Virus record (IMG/VR): IMGVR_UViG_3300046170_000299
DNA from: a virus
Direction: 5' to 3' (one strand)
DNA length: 64,000 bases
Shown: positions 40,261 through 49,011 of the stretch, piece after piece
Layout of the letters: every line of letters begins with the position of its first letter
Numbering within the stretch: position 1 is the first letter of the stretch
The notes under the pieces: generated by a model
Database searches by the model: none
Seen by the model: only the letters and a program-made list of their open reading frames with translations
Told to the model about the DNA's origin: nothing
Program-made: the position numbers and the translations under genes

Positions 40261-41107
40261 AGATAGGAAGACCTAACACTGATGCATCAGTGCTAACTTT
40301 GGGTTTCGCATTAGGAATCTTATGTACATGTGGAACCATAAAGTTTACACCTTGTACTTGAACGTCTGCACATATCCTTGCATATTTTGTACCAGGTGCG
40401 AATCGAATTCCAGATTTCATTAACTCCCCACAATTTTTAAGACGAGCTATCTCAAAGTCTAATCTTTTATTAGCATTAGCTTGTTGCATCAAAGCAATGT
40501 TAGACTGTGCTGCTTCTTTACATAACTGCTGTAATTTTTTATCTCTTGGAACAGACCATGTTGCACTGATACCAACGGATAAGTTGTAATTATCTTTCTG
40601 TCCAGTTCTAGTTGGTTGCATCCATAATATGTCACCAGGATTATCAGGTGCTCCATCCTCATCCATGTCTCTCATGTCATAGACAGGAGTATCAAAGAAA
40701 TCTTCATATGGTTTTTGTGCTGATGCACTACCAGTAATGAATGGTGTAAAGTTTACAGTTTCACCTTGACACTGAATACCAGCACCATAAGTATTAGTAA
40801 TATATGGTCCTTGTAAAACCTGAATTGCCTGGTTGGTAACTGAGCCTGAGCTATTTGCTACGGGAGATGCGGTTGCACTTACACCCCCTACAGTTTCCGC
40901 CCGAATGGCAGGGACAGTTGCAAGATTTGTTAGACATAGTGTTATTGCGAGAAGATACTTGTTGTGTCGGTTACGCTGGTAACCTCTGTTACTCTTTCGA
41001 TAATCGTATGATTCTGAAGACCTGGTCCGTTGTATGTAGTTGTGAACTGAAAAGCTTCGCCTGGTGTTGTCTGTGTAAACGTTGGCGTGCTGTTTACTCC
41101 TGTCCAT
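40247..41107 (-). CDS. Secreted hypothetical protein (true start probably near 40960)
   Basis: Signal-like YLLAITLCLTNLATVPAIRAE; DMDEDGAPD Ca-loop; Cys pairs. Confidence 0.7.
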   Translation of the reverse strand: MDRSKQHANVYTDNTRRSFSVHNYIQRTRSSESYDYRKSNRGYQRNRHNKYLLAITLCLTNLATVPAIRAETVGGVSATASPVANSSGSVTNQAIQVLQGPYITNTYGAGIQCQGETVNFTPFITGSASAQKPYEDFFDTPVYDMRDMDEDGAPDNPGDILWMQPTRTGQKDNYNLSVGISATWSVPRDKKLQQLCKEAAQSNIALMQQANANKRLDFEIARLKNCGELMKSGIRFAPGTKYARICADVQVQGVNFMVPHVHKIPNAKPKVSTDASVLGLPISIGD

Positions 41108-41388
41108 GATGATGTCACTCCATTAATAGTTACGTTGTTAGAACCTGTACTTGGTGCTAGGTTCCCACTTGCAGTTACGCCTGATCCAGTGACAGAATAT
41201 TGATATCCTGTCGCATAGTCCATGCTGTTTATAGTTTCAGTTACTTTTGAGCTCGTCTCGGTGTGGCTGGTCATACTTCCCTGTTGAAAATTTGGGACCA
41301 CGGGGACCGCCAGAGCAGCGACAGGAATAAGACTCACTCCCACCACAGACATCACAATATATGTGGTTGTCTTTCCAAAAAGGGTCAT
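40942..41388 (-). CDS. Secreted beta-rich hypothetical protein
   Basis: Signal peptide ending VAALA; T/S-rich. Confidence 0.75.
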   Translation of the reverse strand: MTLFGKTTTYIVMSVVGVSLIPVAALAVPVVPNFQQGSMTSHTETSSKVTETINSMDYATGYQYSVTGSGVTASGNLAPSTGSNNVTINGVTSSWTGVNSTPTFTQTTPGEAFQFTTTYNGPGLQNHTIIERVTEVTSVTDTTSIFSQ

Positions 41389-41403
41389 TGCGAATTTCCT
41401 CCA

Positions 41404-41898
41404 TTAATCAATCACAGTGATCTCAGAGACGAATTGTCCTGTTGCCGTAGTGCCAGCTCCACCAGCTGTAATTCCGATGACATTTGCACTAGTGATAGTA
41501 CCTGCTAGAGCACCAGCAGCTCCAGCTGTGTAAGAAGTTACACTACTAAAGTTTGGAACTGCACCTACTGTAGGAGCAGATGATGGTACTGCATCACCTG
41601 CAGTGTATGATTGACTGAAGGAGAAAGCAGCGCCTGCTGTGTCTTGAGTAGCAGCAATAGTACCAGGAGCATATACTCCAGAAGTAATAGTGCCAACAGA
41701 GACTGTTCCTGCTGTGTTACCATCGGTAGTATCAATATTTGAACCAGAGATACTGAATGAGGAACCGATTCTTGAAGCTTGAGACATTGCAGCATCAACG
41801 TTGAGTTGAACACTCGATGCGTGTTTAGTAATAAGTCCACCTGCTTGTGCAGCACTGGTGGTCATCAGTAGCATAACGATAGGAAGGAATTTCTTCAT
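41404..41898 (-). CDS. Secreted beta-rich hypothetical protein
   Basis: Classic signal peptide MKKFLPIVMLLMTTSAAQA. Confidence 0.8.
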   Translation of the reverse strand: MKKFLPIVMLLMTTSAAQAGGLITKHASSVQLNVDAAMSQASRIGSSFSISGSNIDTTDGNTAGTVSVGTITSGVYAPGTIAATQDTAGAAFSFSQSYTAGDAVPSSAPTVGAVPNFSSVTSYTAGAAGALAGTITSANVIGITAGGAGTTATGQFVSEITVID

Positions 41899-41977
41899 AG
41901 CGCATATAATTTGGATCCGTATTTATTTATCAAATCAACTTATGTTCGCAATAAGCAATATTAATTTTGATAGGGGC

Positions 41978-42006
41978 TTGACAAACCTTAATGTTTGCTA
42001 TATAGT
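41978..42006 (+). promoter_or_regulatory. Sigma70-type early promoter for hli
   Basis: TTGACA, 17 bp, TATAGT. Confidence 0.8.
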
Positions 42007-42033
42007 ATTGTAGTATTTCTTTACAAAAGACAA

Positions 42034-42234
42034 ATGACTGTAACAACTGAAGACGGCGGACGCACTAACATGTTTGCACAGGAACCTTCCATGTCCTATG
42101 TTGACAACTATGATGGATATGGTCCTAATGCTGAAAAACTCAATGGTCGTCTAGCTATGATCGGGTTTGTTGCTGGCATTATTTCTTATGTAACATCAGG
42201 AAGCTTCTTCTTCTTCGGAATCCTAGGGTTCTGA
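42034..42234 (+). CDS. hli: High-light-inducible protein
   Basis: AEKLNGRLAMIGF chlorophyll-binding motif. Confidence 0.92.
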   Translation: MTVTTEDGGRTNMFAQEPSMSYVDNYDGYGPNAEKLNGRLAMIGFVAGIISYVTSGSFFFFGILGF

Positions 42235-42282
42235 TTCAATACACAAAACAACACACAATTAACACACAATAGGTACACTATC

Positions 42283-42390
42283 ATGACTCCAGAAGCAGAA
42301 CGTTTTAACGGTTGGGCAGCAATGCTTGGTTTCGTAGCAGCAGTTGGCGCATACGCAACTACTGGTCAGGTTATTCCTGGCATTTTCTAA
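42283..42390 (+). CDS. hli: High-light-inducible protein (35 aa)
   Basis: MTPEAERFNGWAAMLGFVAAVGAYATTGQVIPGIF, hand-translated. Confidence 0.92.
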   Translation: MTPEAERFNGWAAMLGFVAAVGAYATTGQVIPGIF

Positions 42391-42478
42391 TGAACAGACA
42401 CCCAGTGCCCCTTAAGATAGTGCCATACATCTTTATGTTGGCACTGGGGACTAGTACACTTACAACGGCAATAATTTA

Positions 42479-42652
42479 ATGGAACTAGTAACAGAATCAT
42501 ATCCATATTGGAAAGCTATATTATGGTGTCTTTACCCTATGGCATGTTTAGTTGCTATTGAATTATTCTTACGTTTAGCAAACCAAGATGATGATGATGA
42601 CGGCAGTGATGGAGGACTAATGACTCCTGTATTTGCACCATCAGCATCTTAG
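42479..42652 (+). CDS. Small single-TM protein with acidic tail
   Basis: ...WKAILWCLYPMACLVAIELFL...DDDDDGSDGGLMTPVF. Confidence 0.6.
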   Translation: MELVTESYPYWKAILWCLYPMACLVAIELFLRLANQDDDDDGSDGGLMTPVFAPSAS

Positions 42653-42662
42653 TGATATAATT

Positions 42663-42687
42663 AGAGGGGAACACCCCCTCTTTTTTT
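42663..42687 (+). terminator. Intrinsic terminator
   Basis: AGAGGGG-aacac-CCCCTCT + T tract. Confidence 0.8.
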
Positions 42688-43245
42688 ATGAAAAATTTTA
42701 TTGAGGTATATGATAATGCTTTGAGTTCTGATCAATGCAAAAGAATCATTGATTACTTTGAATCATCCGATGAAAAAAAGCGTGGCGTTGTTGGATCAGC
42801 TGATACTTTTAAAGTAGACATAGCTAAAAAAGATAGTACTGATATATTTCTTTTGTTTTCATATGAGAATGAGATAACAAAGATGATTCACAATAGTCTT
42901 TATGATAATACTAAAAAATATGTAAAGACCCATAAGGATTGTTGTAAGGTAGCACCATGGGCACCACAGAATGATTTCAACATACAAAGGTATCATCCAA
43001 AGCAAGGATATAAAGATGTCCATTGTGAACATAGTACAAAGGAAGACACTACAGTCTTGGCGTGGATGTTCTACTTAAACACTGTTGAAGATGGTGGAAC
43101 ATTATTCACTAGCTATGATCTAACAACAGATTGTATTGAAGGTAGGTTAGTTATATGGCCAGTTTATTGGACACACTGTCACCGTGGTATAACTAGTAAG
43201 ACCAAAACGAAATACATTGCAACAGGTTGGACTTGTTTCATATGA
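42688..43245 (+). CDS. 2OG-Fe(II) oxygenase
   Basis: DVHCE (HxE), WMFYLNTVEDGGTLF, WTHCHRG, KYIATGW. Confidence 0.88.
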   Translation: MKNFIEVYDNALSSDQCKRIIDYFESSDEKKRGVVGSADTFKVDIAKKDSTDIFLLFSYENEITKMIHNSLYDNTKKYVKTHKDCCKVAPWAPQNDFNIQRYHPKQGYKDVHCEHSTKEDTTVLAWMFYLNTVEDGGTLFTSYDLTTDCIEGRLVIWPVYWTHCHRGITSKTKTKYIATGWTCFI

Positions 43246-43412
43246 AGACTACTACTTTTCACATATACAAAAAAGGAACGAACGAAGTTATCAAATGCGA
43301 CTTAACAATAGATGAATTGGAACAAATGCTATCAGAAAAACAAATAGATTGGTCACACTGGGAGATCCAACCATGCTATACTGAGTACAGTGCTGAAGAT
43401 GCATCGTTCTGA
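43242..43412 (+). CDS. Small hypothetical protein
   Basis: MKTTTFHIYKK...YTEYSAEDASF. Confidence 0.65.
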   Translation: MKTTTFHIYKKGTNEVIKCDLTIDELEQMLSEKQIDWSHWEIQPCYTEYSAEDASF

Positions 43413-43529
43413 AATTAAAAAGCATCTCAAGTTTCTTAAGGATCTCAAACGAGACTTAAAAAGAAACCCAAAGCACAAGGTCCCCAAGCACCCCTTCAAA
43501 GATAGGTATAAACGCTCATCTTTTAGGGG

Positions 43530-43563
43530 TTGACGGATTCCTCTCCACCTGTTATTATAAATA
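43530..43563 (+). promoter_or_regulatory. Overlapping early (sigma70) and late (gp55) promoters of psbA
   Basis: TTGACG, 17 bp, TG-n-TATTAT (43553-43558) overlapping TATAAATA (43556-43563). Confidence 0.8.
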
Positions 43564-43599
43564 GGTAAACAAATGTAACGATCCCGTTTGGATTCCGTG

Positions 43600-43715
43600 A
43601 CATTGATACGACGCCTTACCAAGACTAAACAGCGTCATTAAATAACAGTCTTTCATACCTCCGCCTGAGGGTGGCGAAGGAATATCATATCAGTGTTTCC
43701 CTGCACTCATACCTA
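43600..43715 (+). ncRNA. PhotoRC-II-like structured psbA leader
   Basis: GAC...AAGACT...AGTCTTTCATACCTCCGCC-TGAG-GGTGGCGAAGG in the psbA 5' UTR. Confidence 0.65.
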
Positions 43716-43726
43716 CCCTAATTTCA

Positions 43727-44806
43727 ATGTCTACAACTCTTTCAAGGCAACAATCCCAATCCTCATGGAATAACTTCTGTGACTGGGTTACTTCCACCAG
43801 CAATCGTCTGTATGTCGGTTGGTTCGGTGTACTGATGATCCCAACTCTGTTGGCGGCAACCATCTGTTTTATCGTCGCTTTCGTAGCGGCACCTCCTGTC
43901 GATATCGACGGGATTCGTGAACCCGTAGCTGGTTCACTCATGTATGGTAACAACATCATTTCTGGTGCTGTTGTGCCCTCCTCCAACGCAATTGGTCTTC
44001 ACTTCTACCCTATTTGGGAAGCAGCAACTCTTGATGAGTGGTTGTACAACGGTGGTCCATTTCAATTAGTAGTCTTCCACTTCCTTATCGGCATCTCTGC
44101 TTATATGGGTCGTGAATGGGAACTTTCATACCGTCTTGGTATGCGTCCATGGATCTGCGTAGCATACTCTGCACCTGTTGCAGCAGCGTTCGCAGTATTC
44201 TTAGTATATCCTTTCGGTCAGGGGAGTTTTTCTGATGCTATGCCTCTTGGTATTTCTGGTACTTTTAACTATATGTTCGTCTTCCAGGCAGAACACAATA
44301 TTCTTATGCACCCGTTCCACATGCTCGGTGTTGCTGGGGTATTCGGTGGATCTCTTTTCTCTGCTATGCACGGATCTTTGGTTACTTCTAGTCTCGTCAG
44401 AGAGACAACAGAAACTGAGTCCCAGAATTATGGTTATAAGTTCGGTCAAGAAGAAGAAACATATAACATTGTAGCTGCTCACGGTTACTTTGGTCGTCTT
44501 ATCTTCCAGTATGCTTCTTTCAACAACTCACGTTCACTCCACTTCTTCCTAGCAGCATGGCCTGTAGTCGGAATCTGGTTCACTGCTCTTGGTGTTAGCA
44601 CCATGGCATTCAACCTCAACGGTTTCAACTTCAACCAGTCCATCTTGGATGCAAATGGTAAAGTTCTCCCTACATGGGCAGACGTATTGAACCGTGCTGG
44701 TCTTGGTATGGAAGTCATGCACGAGCGTAACGCTCACAACTTCCCACTGGATCTAGCTGCTGCTGAGTCAACTCCTGTTGCACTCACCGCACCTGCTATC
44801 GGTTGA
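43727..44806 (+). CDS. psbA: Photosystem II D1 protein
   Basis: Full-length (NRLYVGWFG...[13 protein letters not shown]); no intron. Confidence 0.99.
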   Translation: MSTTLSRQQSQSSWNNFCDWVTSTSNRLYVGWFGVLMIPTLLAATICFIVAFVAAPPVDIDGIREPVAGSLMYGNNIISGAVVPSSNAIGLHFYPIWEAATLDEWLYNGGPFQLVVFHFLIGISAYMGREWELSYRLGMRPWICVAYSAPVAAAFAVFLVYPFGQGSFSDAMPLGISGTFNYMFVFQAEHNILMHPFHMLGVAGVFGGSLFSAMHGSLVTSSLVRETTETESQNYGYKFGQEEETYNIVAAHGYFGRLIFQYASFNNSRSLHFFLAAWPVVGIWFTALGVSTMAFNLNGFNFNQSILDANGKVLPTWADVLNRAGLGMEVMHERNAHNFPLDLAAAESTPVALTAPAIG

Positions 44807-44827
44807 TCACTCAACCTGTGGTATAAT

Positions 44828-44857
44828 AAAGGGGGTCTACGGACCCCTTTTCTTTTT
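44828..44857 (+). terminator. Intrinsic terminator
   Basis: GGGGTC-tacg-GACCCC + T tract. Confidence 0.8.
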
Positions 44858-44880
44858 GCTCTTCATAATTGTACAGTTTT

Positions 44881-45171
44881 ATGTCTTTCTCTATTACTCT
44901 AAAAACTCCTGATGGGGAAACTATTATTCCATGTGAACCTGATCAATATATTCTAGACGCAGCAGAAGAAGCTGGTGTAGATGTCAACTACTCTTGTCGT
45001 GCTGGAGCTTGCTCTTCATGTGCTGGTAAGATTGAGAGTGGTACTGTTGATCAGAGCGATCAATCTTTCTTGGATGATGATCAGATTGCAGAAGGATTTG
45101 TTCTTACATGTGTAGCATATCCAACATCTGATTGTGTTGTTATTACTGATCAAGAGGAGAACCTTTACTGA
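44881..45171 (+). CDS. petF: Plant-type [2Fe-2S] ferredoxin
   Basis: [10 protein letters not shown]...LTCVAYP. Confidence 0.95.
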   Translation: MSFSITLKTPDGETIIPCEPDQYILDAAEEAGVDVNYSCRAGACSSCAGKIESGTVDQSDQSFLDDDQIAEGFVLTCVAYPTSDCVVITDQEENLY

Positions 45172-45392
45172 TGGAAAATTCTCTACTTGAAATTCTGACT
45201 TACTATGTGATCGGTGGTGCTTTAATCATCGGTCCTCCTGCGATCTTCCTTATCATTGCTATGATGGGTGCTATCCAAAATACCAAGGGTCGTATGGTCG
45301 GTTACAAAGACCACAAAACTTATGGTGATATCTCATTCTATGAGAATGCACCAGTTGATCAAAGCAAATTCTATTTGGAACTTAAAAACTAA
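45171..45392 (+). CDS. Small single-TM hypothetical protein
   Basis: Hydrophobic N-terminal half; coupled to petF. Confidence 0.7.
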   Translation: MENSLLEILTYYVIGGALIIGPPAIFLIIAMMGAIQNTKGRMVGYKDHKTYGDISFYENAPVDQSKFYLELKN

Positions 45393-45403
45393 GGTAAATA
45401 AAA

Positions 45404-46459
45404 ATGACGACAAGTACACTAAACATTCCACAGAGGGGGTGGTTCGATGTATTGGATGACTGGCTTAAACGAGATCGCTTTGTCTTTATTGGTTGGTCTG
45501 GACTACTTCTTCTTCCCACTGCTTATCTTGCCATTGGTGGTTGGCTTACTGGCACGACTTTTGTCACGAGTTGGTACACCCACGGACTCGCTACTTCCTA
45601 TCTTGAGGGTGCTAATTTTCTTACGTCAGCTGTCTCGACGCCTGCTGATGCTATGGGTCATTCTCTTCTTCTACTTTGGGGTCCTGAATCTCAGGGGGAT
45701 TTCGTCAGGTGGATCCAACTTGGGGGACTCTGGGCTTTTGTGGCTCTCCACGGTGCCTTCGCTCTCATTGGTTTCATGCTTAGACAGTTTGAAATCTCTC
45801 GTCTTGTAGGAATTAGACCGTACAATGCTATTGCGTTTTCTGGGCCTGTCGCTGTTTTTGTCAGTGTGTTTCTCATCTATCCTCTCGGACAGTCCAGTTG
45901 GTTCTTTGCACCGTCGTTTGGTGTTGCAGCGATATTTAGGTTCCTACTCTTCCTACAGGGCTTCCATAACTGGACGCTCAACCCATTCCATATGATGGGT
46001 GTTGCAGGTATCCTAGGTGGTGCATTGCTTTCTGCTATTCATGGAGTGACTGTCGAAAATACACTCTACGAAGATGGCGAACAAGCAAATACTTTCAAAG
46101 CTTTTGATAGTACACAAGAGGAGGAGACTTACTCGATGGTTACTGCGAACCGTTTCTGGTCACAGATCTTCGGTATTGCTTTTAGTAACAAGCGTTGGTT
46201 GCATTTCTTTATGCTCTTCGTTCCCGTCATGGGTCTCTGGACTAGTTCTATCGGTATTATTGGACTCGCTCTTAATCTACGTGCTTACGACTTTGTATCT
46301 CAAGAGATTCGTGCGGCGGAGGATCCTGAATTTGAAACGTTTTACACCAAAAACATTCTATTGAATGAAGGACTACGTGCATGGTTGGCACCAGTTGATC
46401 AACCTCACGAGAAGTTTGTATTCCCAGAAGAAGTTCTACCTAGAGGCAACGCACTATGA
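45404..46459 (+). CDS. psbD: Photosystem II D2 protein
   Basis: [16 protein letters not shown]...[10 protein letters not shown]. Confidence 0.99.
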   Translation: MTTSTLNIPQRGWFDVLDDWLKRDRFVFIGWSGLLLLPTAYLAIGGWLTGTTFVTSWYTHGLATSYLEGANFLTSAVSTPADAMGHSLLLLWGPESQGDFVRWIQLGGLWAFVALHGAFALIGFMLRQFEISRLVGIRPYNAIAFSGPVAVFVSVFLIYPLGQSSWFFAPSFGVAAIFRFLLFLQGFHNWTLNPFHMMGVAGILGGALLSAIHGVTVENTLYEDGEQANTFKAFDSTQEEETYSMVTANRFWSQIFGIAFSNKRWLHFFMLFVPVMGLWTSSIGIIGLALNLRAYDFVSQEIRAAEDPEFETFYTKNILLNEGLRAWLAPVDQPHEKFVFPEEVLPRGNAL

Positions 46460-46701
46460 TTAAATCTCTCTTCACTTTTATGTTTGCTGCATTGATGTGG
46501 GTGCAAGTCCCACAGTGGCAGGATGATTGGTCCAAGTGTGCAGTAGATGTACCAGACACAGCATGTCATTGGTATATCACAGCACCTGATAGCACCATGG
46601 GTGAAGGATTTAGTTGGGCGAATGCTCCATGGTTCAGTGCTGAAGGTCTCCGTGATATTGGAGAACTTCACAATACAGTTCAATCTTTACAGGAAGCATG
46701 A
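46456..46701 (+). CDS. Conserved cyanophage hypothetical protein
   Basis: Signal-like N-terminus, two Cys; overlaps psbD stop. Confidence 0.7.
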   Translation: MIKSLFTFMFAALMWVQVPQWQDDWSKCAVDVPDTACHWYITAPDSTMGEGFSWANAPWFSAEGLRDIGELHNTVQSLQEA

Positions 46702-46809
46702 TAAAGAATAGAGGATGTTGTGGTGCTGGATGTCCAGACTGTCCATTCAGACCACCTATGAAGCGATTAATCGCTTCATGTTTGACCACCTCTTAAAGAT
46801 ATGATATGA

Positions 46810-46833
46810 TGGGGTTGAAAGACCCCATTTTTT
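46810..46833 (+). terminator. Intrinsic terminator
   Basis: ATGGGGT-tgaaag-ACCCCAT + T tract. Confidence 0.75.
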
Positions 46834-46853
46834 TATACATAGAATTAAACCAT

Positions 46854-47117
46854 ATGAATATTACAATTTACACAACAGAAGGATGTGGTTGGTGTGGACA
46901 GATGAAAGAACTCTGTCGTAGAGCAAATGTTGAATACACAGAGGTGCTTTGGTCAACCTTAGATGATGATGAGAAAACTTCTTTCATGAGTAAGTATCAA
47001 GGAAAATTTTCTGGTAGATTTCCAGCAGCTATTATAGATGATGTATTTTATAGTGGTTTAGTTGATGTTGCGAAAAAATTTATGGCAGATGGATTGGTTA
47101 CTGCTCCTAAAAAATGA
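46854..47117 (+). CDS. Glutaredoxin-like protein
   Basis: IYTTEGCGWC, FPAAIID. Confidence 0.85.
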   Translation: MNITIYTTEGCGWCGQMKELCRRANVEYTEVLWSTLDDDEKTSFMSKYQGKFSGRFPAAIIDDVFYSGLVDVAKKFMADGLVTAPKK

Positions 47118-47278
47118 AAGAACTTAAAATAAATAAAGGCATAGAGCTCATGCTCAGGAGGGCAAAACAAAAAGAAATGCTACCCCGTAAGGGATTTACT
47201 ATTACTAAGGCGTTTTCCCTCTTAAAACGAGAAGTTTATTTCAACTTTGAATTTAAGTGGGACAAAAAAGAAACTTAA
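47114..47278 (+). CDS. Small hypothetical protein (54 aa)
   Basis: MKELKINKGIELMLRRAK...; hand-translated. Confidence 0.6.
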   Translation: MKELKINKGIELMLRRAKQKEMLPRKGFTITKAFSLLKREVYFNFEFKWDKKET

Positions 47279-47293
47279 GTTCGGAGTTGAACA

Positions 47294-47524
47294 ATGACAG
47301 AAACTTTATTCGTTTATTTCTCAGCAACAGCATCATTTATATTTCTATGTGTCGGTGTCTTTGCTGGTTGGACAGTAAATGAAAAGATGCATGAATATCT
47401 CTACGTTAGAGAAACAGAAAATGAAAACCTCCACCCAGAAATGTATGATAACCAAGGACAATGGATCAATGAAGAACTACTCTCTGTTCGTTTCTTAAAT
47501 GAAGAGGAATTGGAGGAAGAATAA
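47294..47524 (+). CDS. Single-TM hypothetical protein
   Basis: TM helix then HPEMYD...NEELLSVRF. Confidence 0.75.
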   Translation: MTETLFVYFSATASFIFLCVGVFAGWTVNEKMHEYLYVRETENENLHPEMYDNQGQWINEELLSVRFLNEEELEEE

Positions 47525-47550
47525 ATACTAATTACGGTATACCAATAGTT

Positions 47551-47982
47551 ATGCAATTATTACTAAATGAAGTGCTGCAAAAGGTCAGCAATGCTAAGAC
47601 CAAAGCACAAAAAATCAAACTGCTACAAACATATAATACACCAGCACTCAGACAAATTCTGATTGCTAACTTTGATGAGAGTGTAATCTCTATGCTCCCT
47701 GAAGGAGAGGTCCCCTACAAGGAGAATGAAGCGCCTGAAGAGACAGAACATACGAAACTTGCACACGAGTATCGTAAACTCTATCTCTTCTTCAAGGGCG
47801 GTGCAAGCGTCTCTCAGACTCGTAGAGAAAACCTGTTCATTCAACTGCTAGAGGGTTTACATAAAGGCGAAGCTGAGGTATTATGTCTGATGAAGGACAG
47901 GAAAATCGGCAAACGCTGGAAAATTACCAGACAGTGCGTTGAAGAAGCCTTCCCCCAAATCGAATGGGGAAACCGTAGCTAA
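47551..47982 (+). CDS. Conserved T4-like hypothetical protein
   Basis: LPEGEVPY, RRENLFIQLLEGLH; TAAATA upstream. Confidence 0.8.
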   Translation: MQLLLNEVLQKVSNAKTKAQKIKLLQTYNTPALRQILIANFDESVISMLPEGEVPYKENEAPEETEHTKLAHEYRKLYLFFKGGASVSQTRRENLFIQLLEGLHKGEAEVLCLMKDRKIGKRWKITRQCVEEAFPQIEWGNRS

Positions 47983-47988
47983 TTACTA

Positions 47989-48240
47989 ATGAAAATTCTC
48001 CATGAAAATTGTGATCCAAAACTTGCGAGCGATACATCGCTTCCATACACCGCATACTTGATTGAATACATTGATCAAGGAGAAACTAAATGGGACATTG
48101 CTATATCTACAAAGCAATCAGATATGTTTGATTACTATTGGGATAAATATAAAGCAGTTACCAACATGACTCAATCACAAGGTCGAGTGAGTCCTAAACT
48201 CTGGCAAGATCCAAACGCTAAACCTGCAAAGAAAAAATAA
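47989..48240 (+). CDS. Hypothetical protein
   Basis: 83-aa ORF. Confidence 0.75.
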   Translation: MKILHENCDPKLASDTSLPYTAYLIEYIDQGETKWDIAISTKQSDMFDYYWDKYKAVTNMTQSQGRVSPKLWQDPNAKPAKKK

Positions 48241-48512
48241 TGAGTGCATCACAAACAGGAAACTGGGCAATCTTTTATAGACGAATTGATGATCCACTTG
48301 TGTGGCATACGATGAGACTATGGAGAAGTGATGGTGTGCTTGTGTCTGCTAAAACATATGATCAAGTTTATAAATTTAGACGCTTCAGAGAAGCGTGGGA
48401 GTTTGCAAAGAATTTAATTACAGGTGGAGAATTAGGTATACCTGTTTATGATGCTGAAGTACGCCGTGTTTGTAAAGCTAAAGGTGAAGCATTCTACCTA
48501 GCAGGAAACTAA
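48240..48512 (+). CDS. Hypothetical protein
   Basis: 90-aa coupled ORF. Confidence 0.75.
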   Translation: MSASQTGNWAIFYRRIDDPLVWHTMRLWRSDGVLVSAKTYDQVYKFRRFREAWEFAKNLITGGELGIPVYDAEVRRVCKAKGEAFYLAGN

Positions 48513-48513
48513 T

Positions 48514-48529
48514 TGTATTAAGAAATACA
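48514..48529. promoter_or_regulatory. NtcA box
   Basis: TGTA-ttaagaaa-TACA = GTA-N8-TAC with preferred flanks. Confidence 0.7.
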
Positions 48530-48531
48530 GG

Positions 48532-48560
48532 TTGACAACGCATACATAGTATGGTATGCT
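48532..48560 (+). promoter_or_regulatory. Sigma70-type promoter
   Basis: TTGACA, 17 bp, TG-n-TATGCT; predicted TSS ~48567 at the aptamer 5' end. Confidence 0.8.
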
Positions 48561-48566
48561 TATACC

Positions 48567-48613
48567 ATCGTTCATCCCACTCTTGGGTGGGACGCAAGTA
48601 AGTCGCGGAACGG
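48567..48613 (+). ncRNA. Glutamine-II (Downstream-peptide) riboswitch-like aptamer 1
   Basis: CGTTC/GAACG P1, TCCCAC/GTGGGA P2, CGCAA...CG...GGAACGG. Confidence 0.75.
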
Positions 48614-48616
48614 AGC

Positions 48617-48799
48617 CGTTCATCCCATGCTAGAATTATTATTCTATTCATCACTCACATGTGCTCAAGCTGATAGCATTATGCTACGGATGAGAACAAA
48701 CGAGAATATTCCTCCCGAATATAAGGTGGAATTGATTGAGGTCATGAAGGAATCAACACCTGAATGCTACCCTTGGGACGCAAACGACTAAAGGAACGG
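48617..48799 (+). ncRNA. Glutamine-II riboswitch-like aptamer 2, split by an ORF in the P2 loop
   Basis: 5' half CGTTCATCCCA (48617-48627); 3' half TGGGACGCAAACGACTAAAGGAACGG (48774-48799). Confidence 0.7.
48627..48791 (+). CDS. 54-aa ORF nested in aptamer 2
   Basis: MLELLFYSSLTCAQADSIMLRMRTNENIPPEYKVELIEVMKESTPECYPWDAND; GGAG at 48612-48615. Confidence 0.65.
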   Translation: MLELLFYSSLTCAQADSIMLRMRTNENIPPEYKVELIEVMKESTPECYPWDAND

Positions 48800-48829
48800 A
48801 TTAAAATCCAACTACTTTAGGAGTAACTC

Positions 48830-48997
48830 ATGAACACACTTAATCAAATCAAGAAGCAGATCATCAAGAGATCTGCTCTACACGACGCTCAGATTCTTCA
48901 CACTACATATCGTGGTGTTAAGTATGATACAGGTAGTGTAGAATCTAAAGAGACCCATGGCACATTCTGCTATCGTGGTCAACTTTATAAAAAGTGA
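48830..48997 (+). CDS. DUF4278-family small protein
   Basis: TTYRGVKY and FCYRGQLY repeats; AGGAG RBS; downstream of the aptamers. Confidence 0.8.
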   Translation: MNTLNQIKKQIIKRSALHDAQILHTTYRGVKYDTGSVESKETHGTFCYRGQLYKK

Positions 48998-49011
48998 TTA
49001 ACTTACTTATC

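Noticed and set aside
42008-42026. Second NtcA box near hli (TTGTA-N9-TACAA)
   Set aside because: Spacing is N9 rather than N8; may be another factor's site but unsupported
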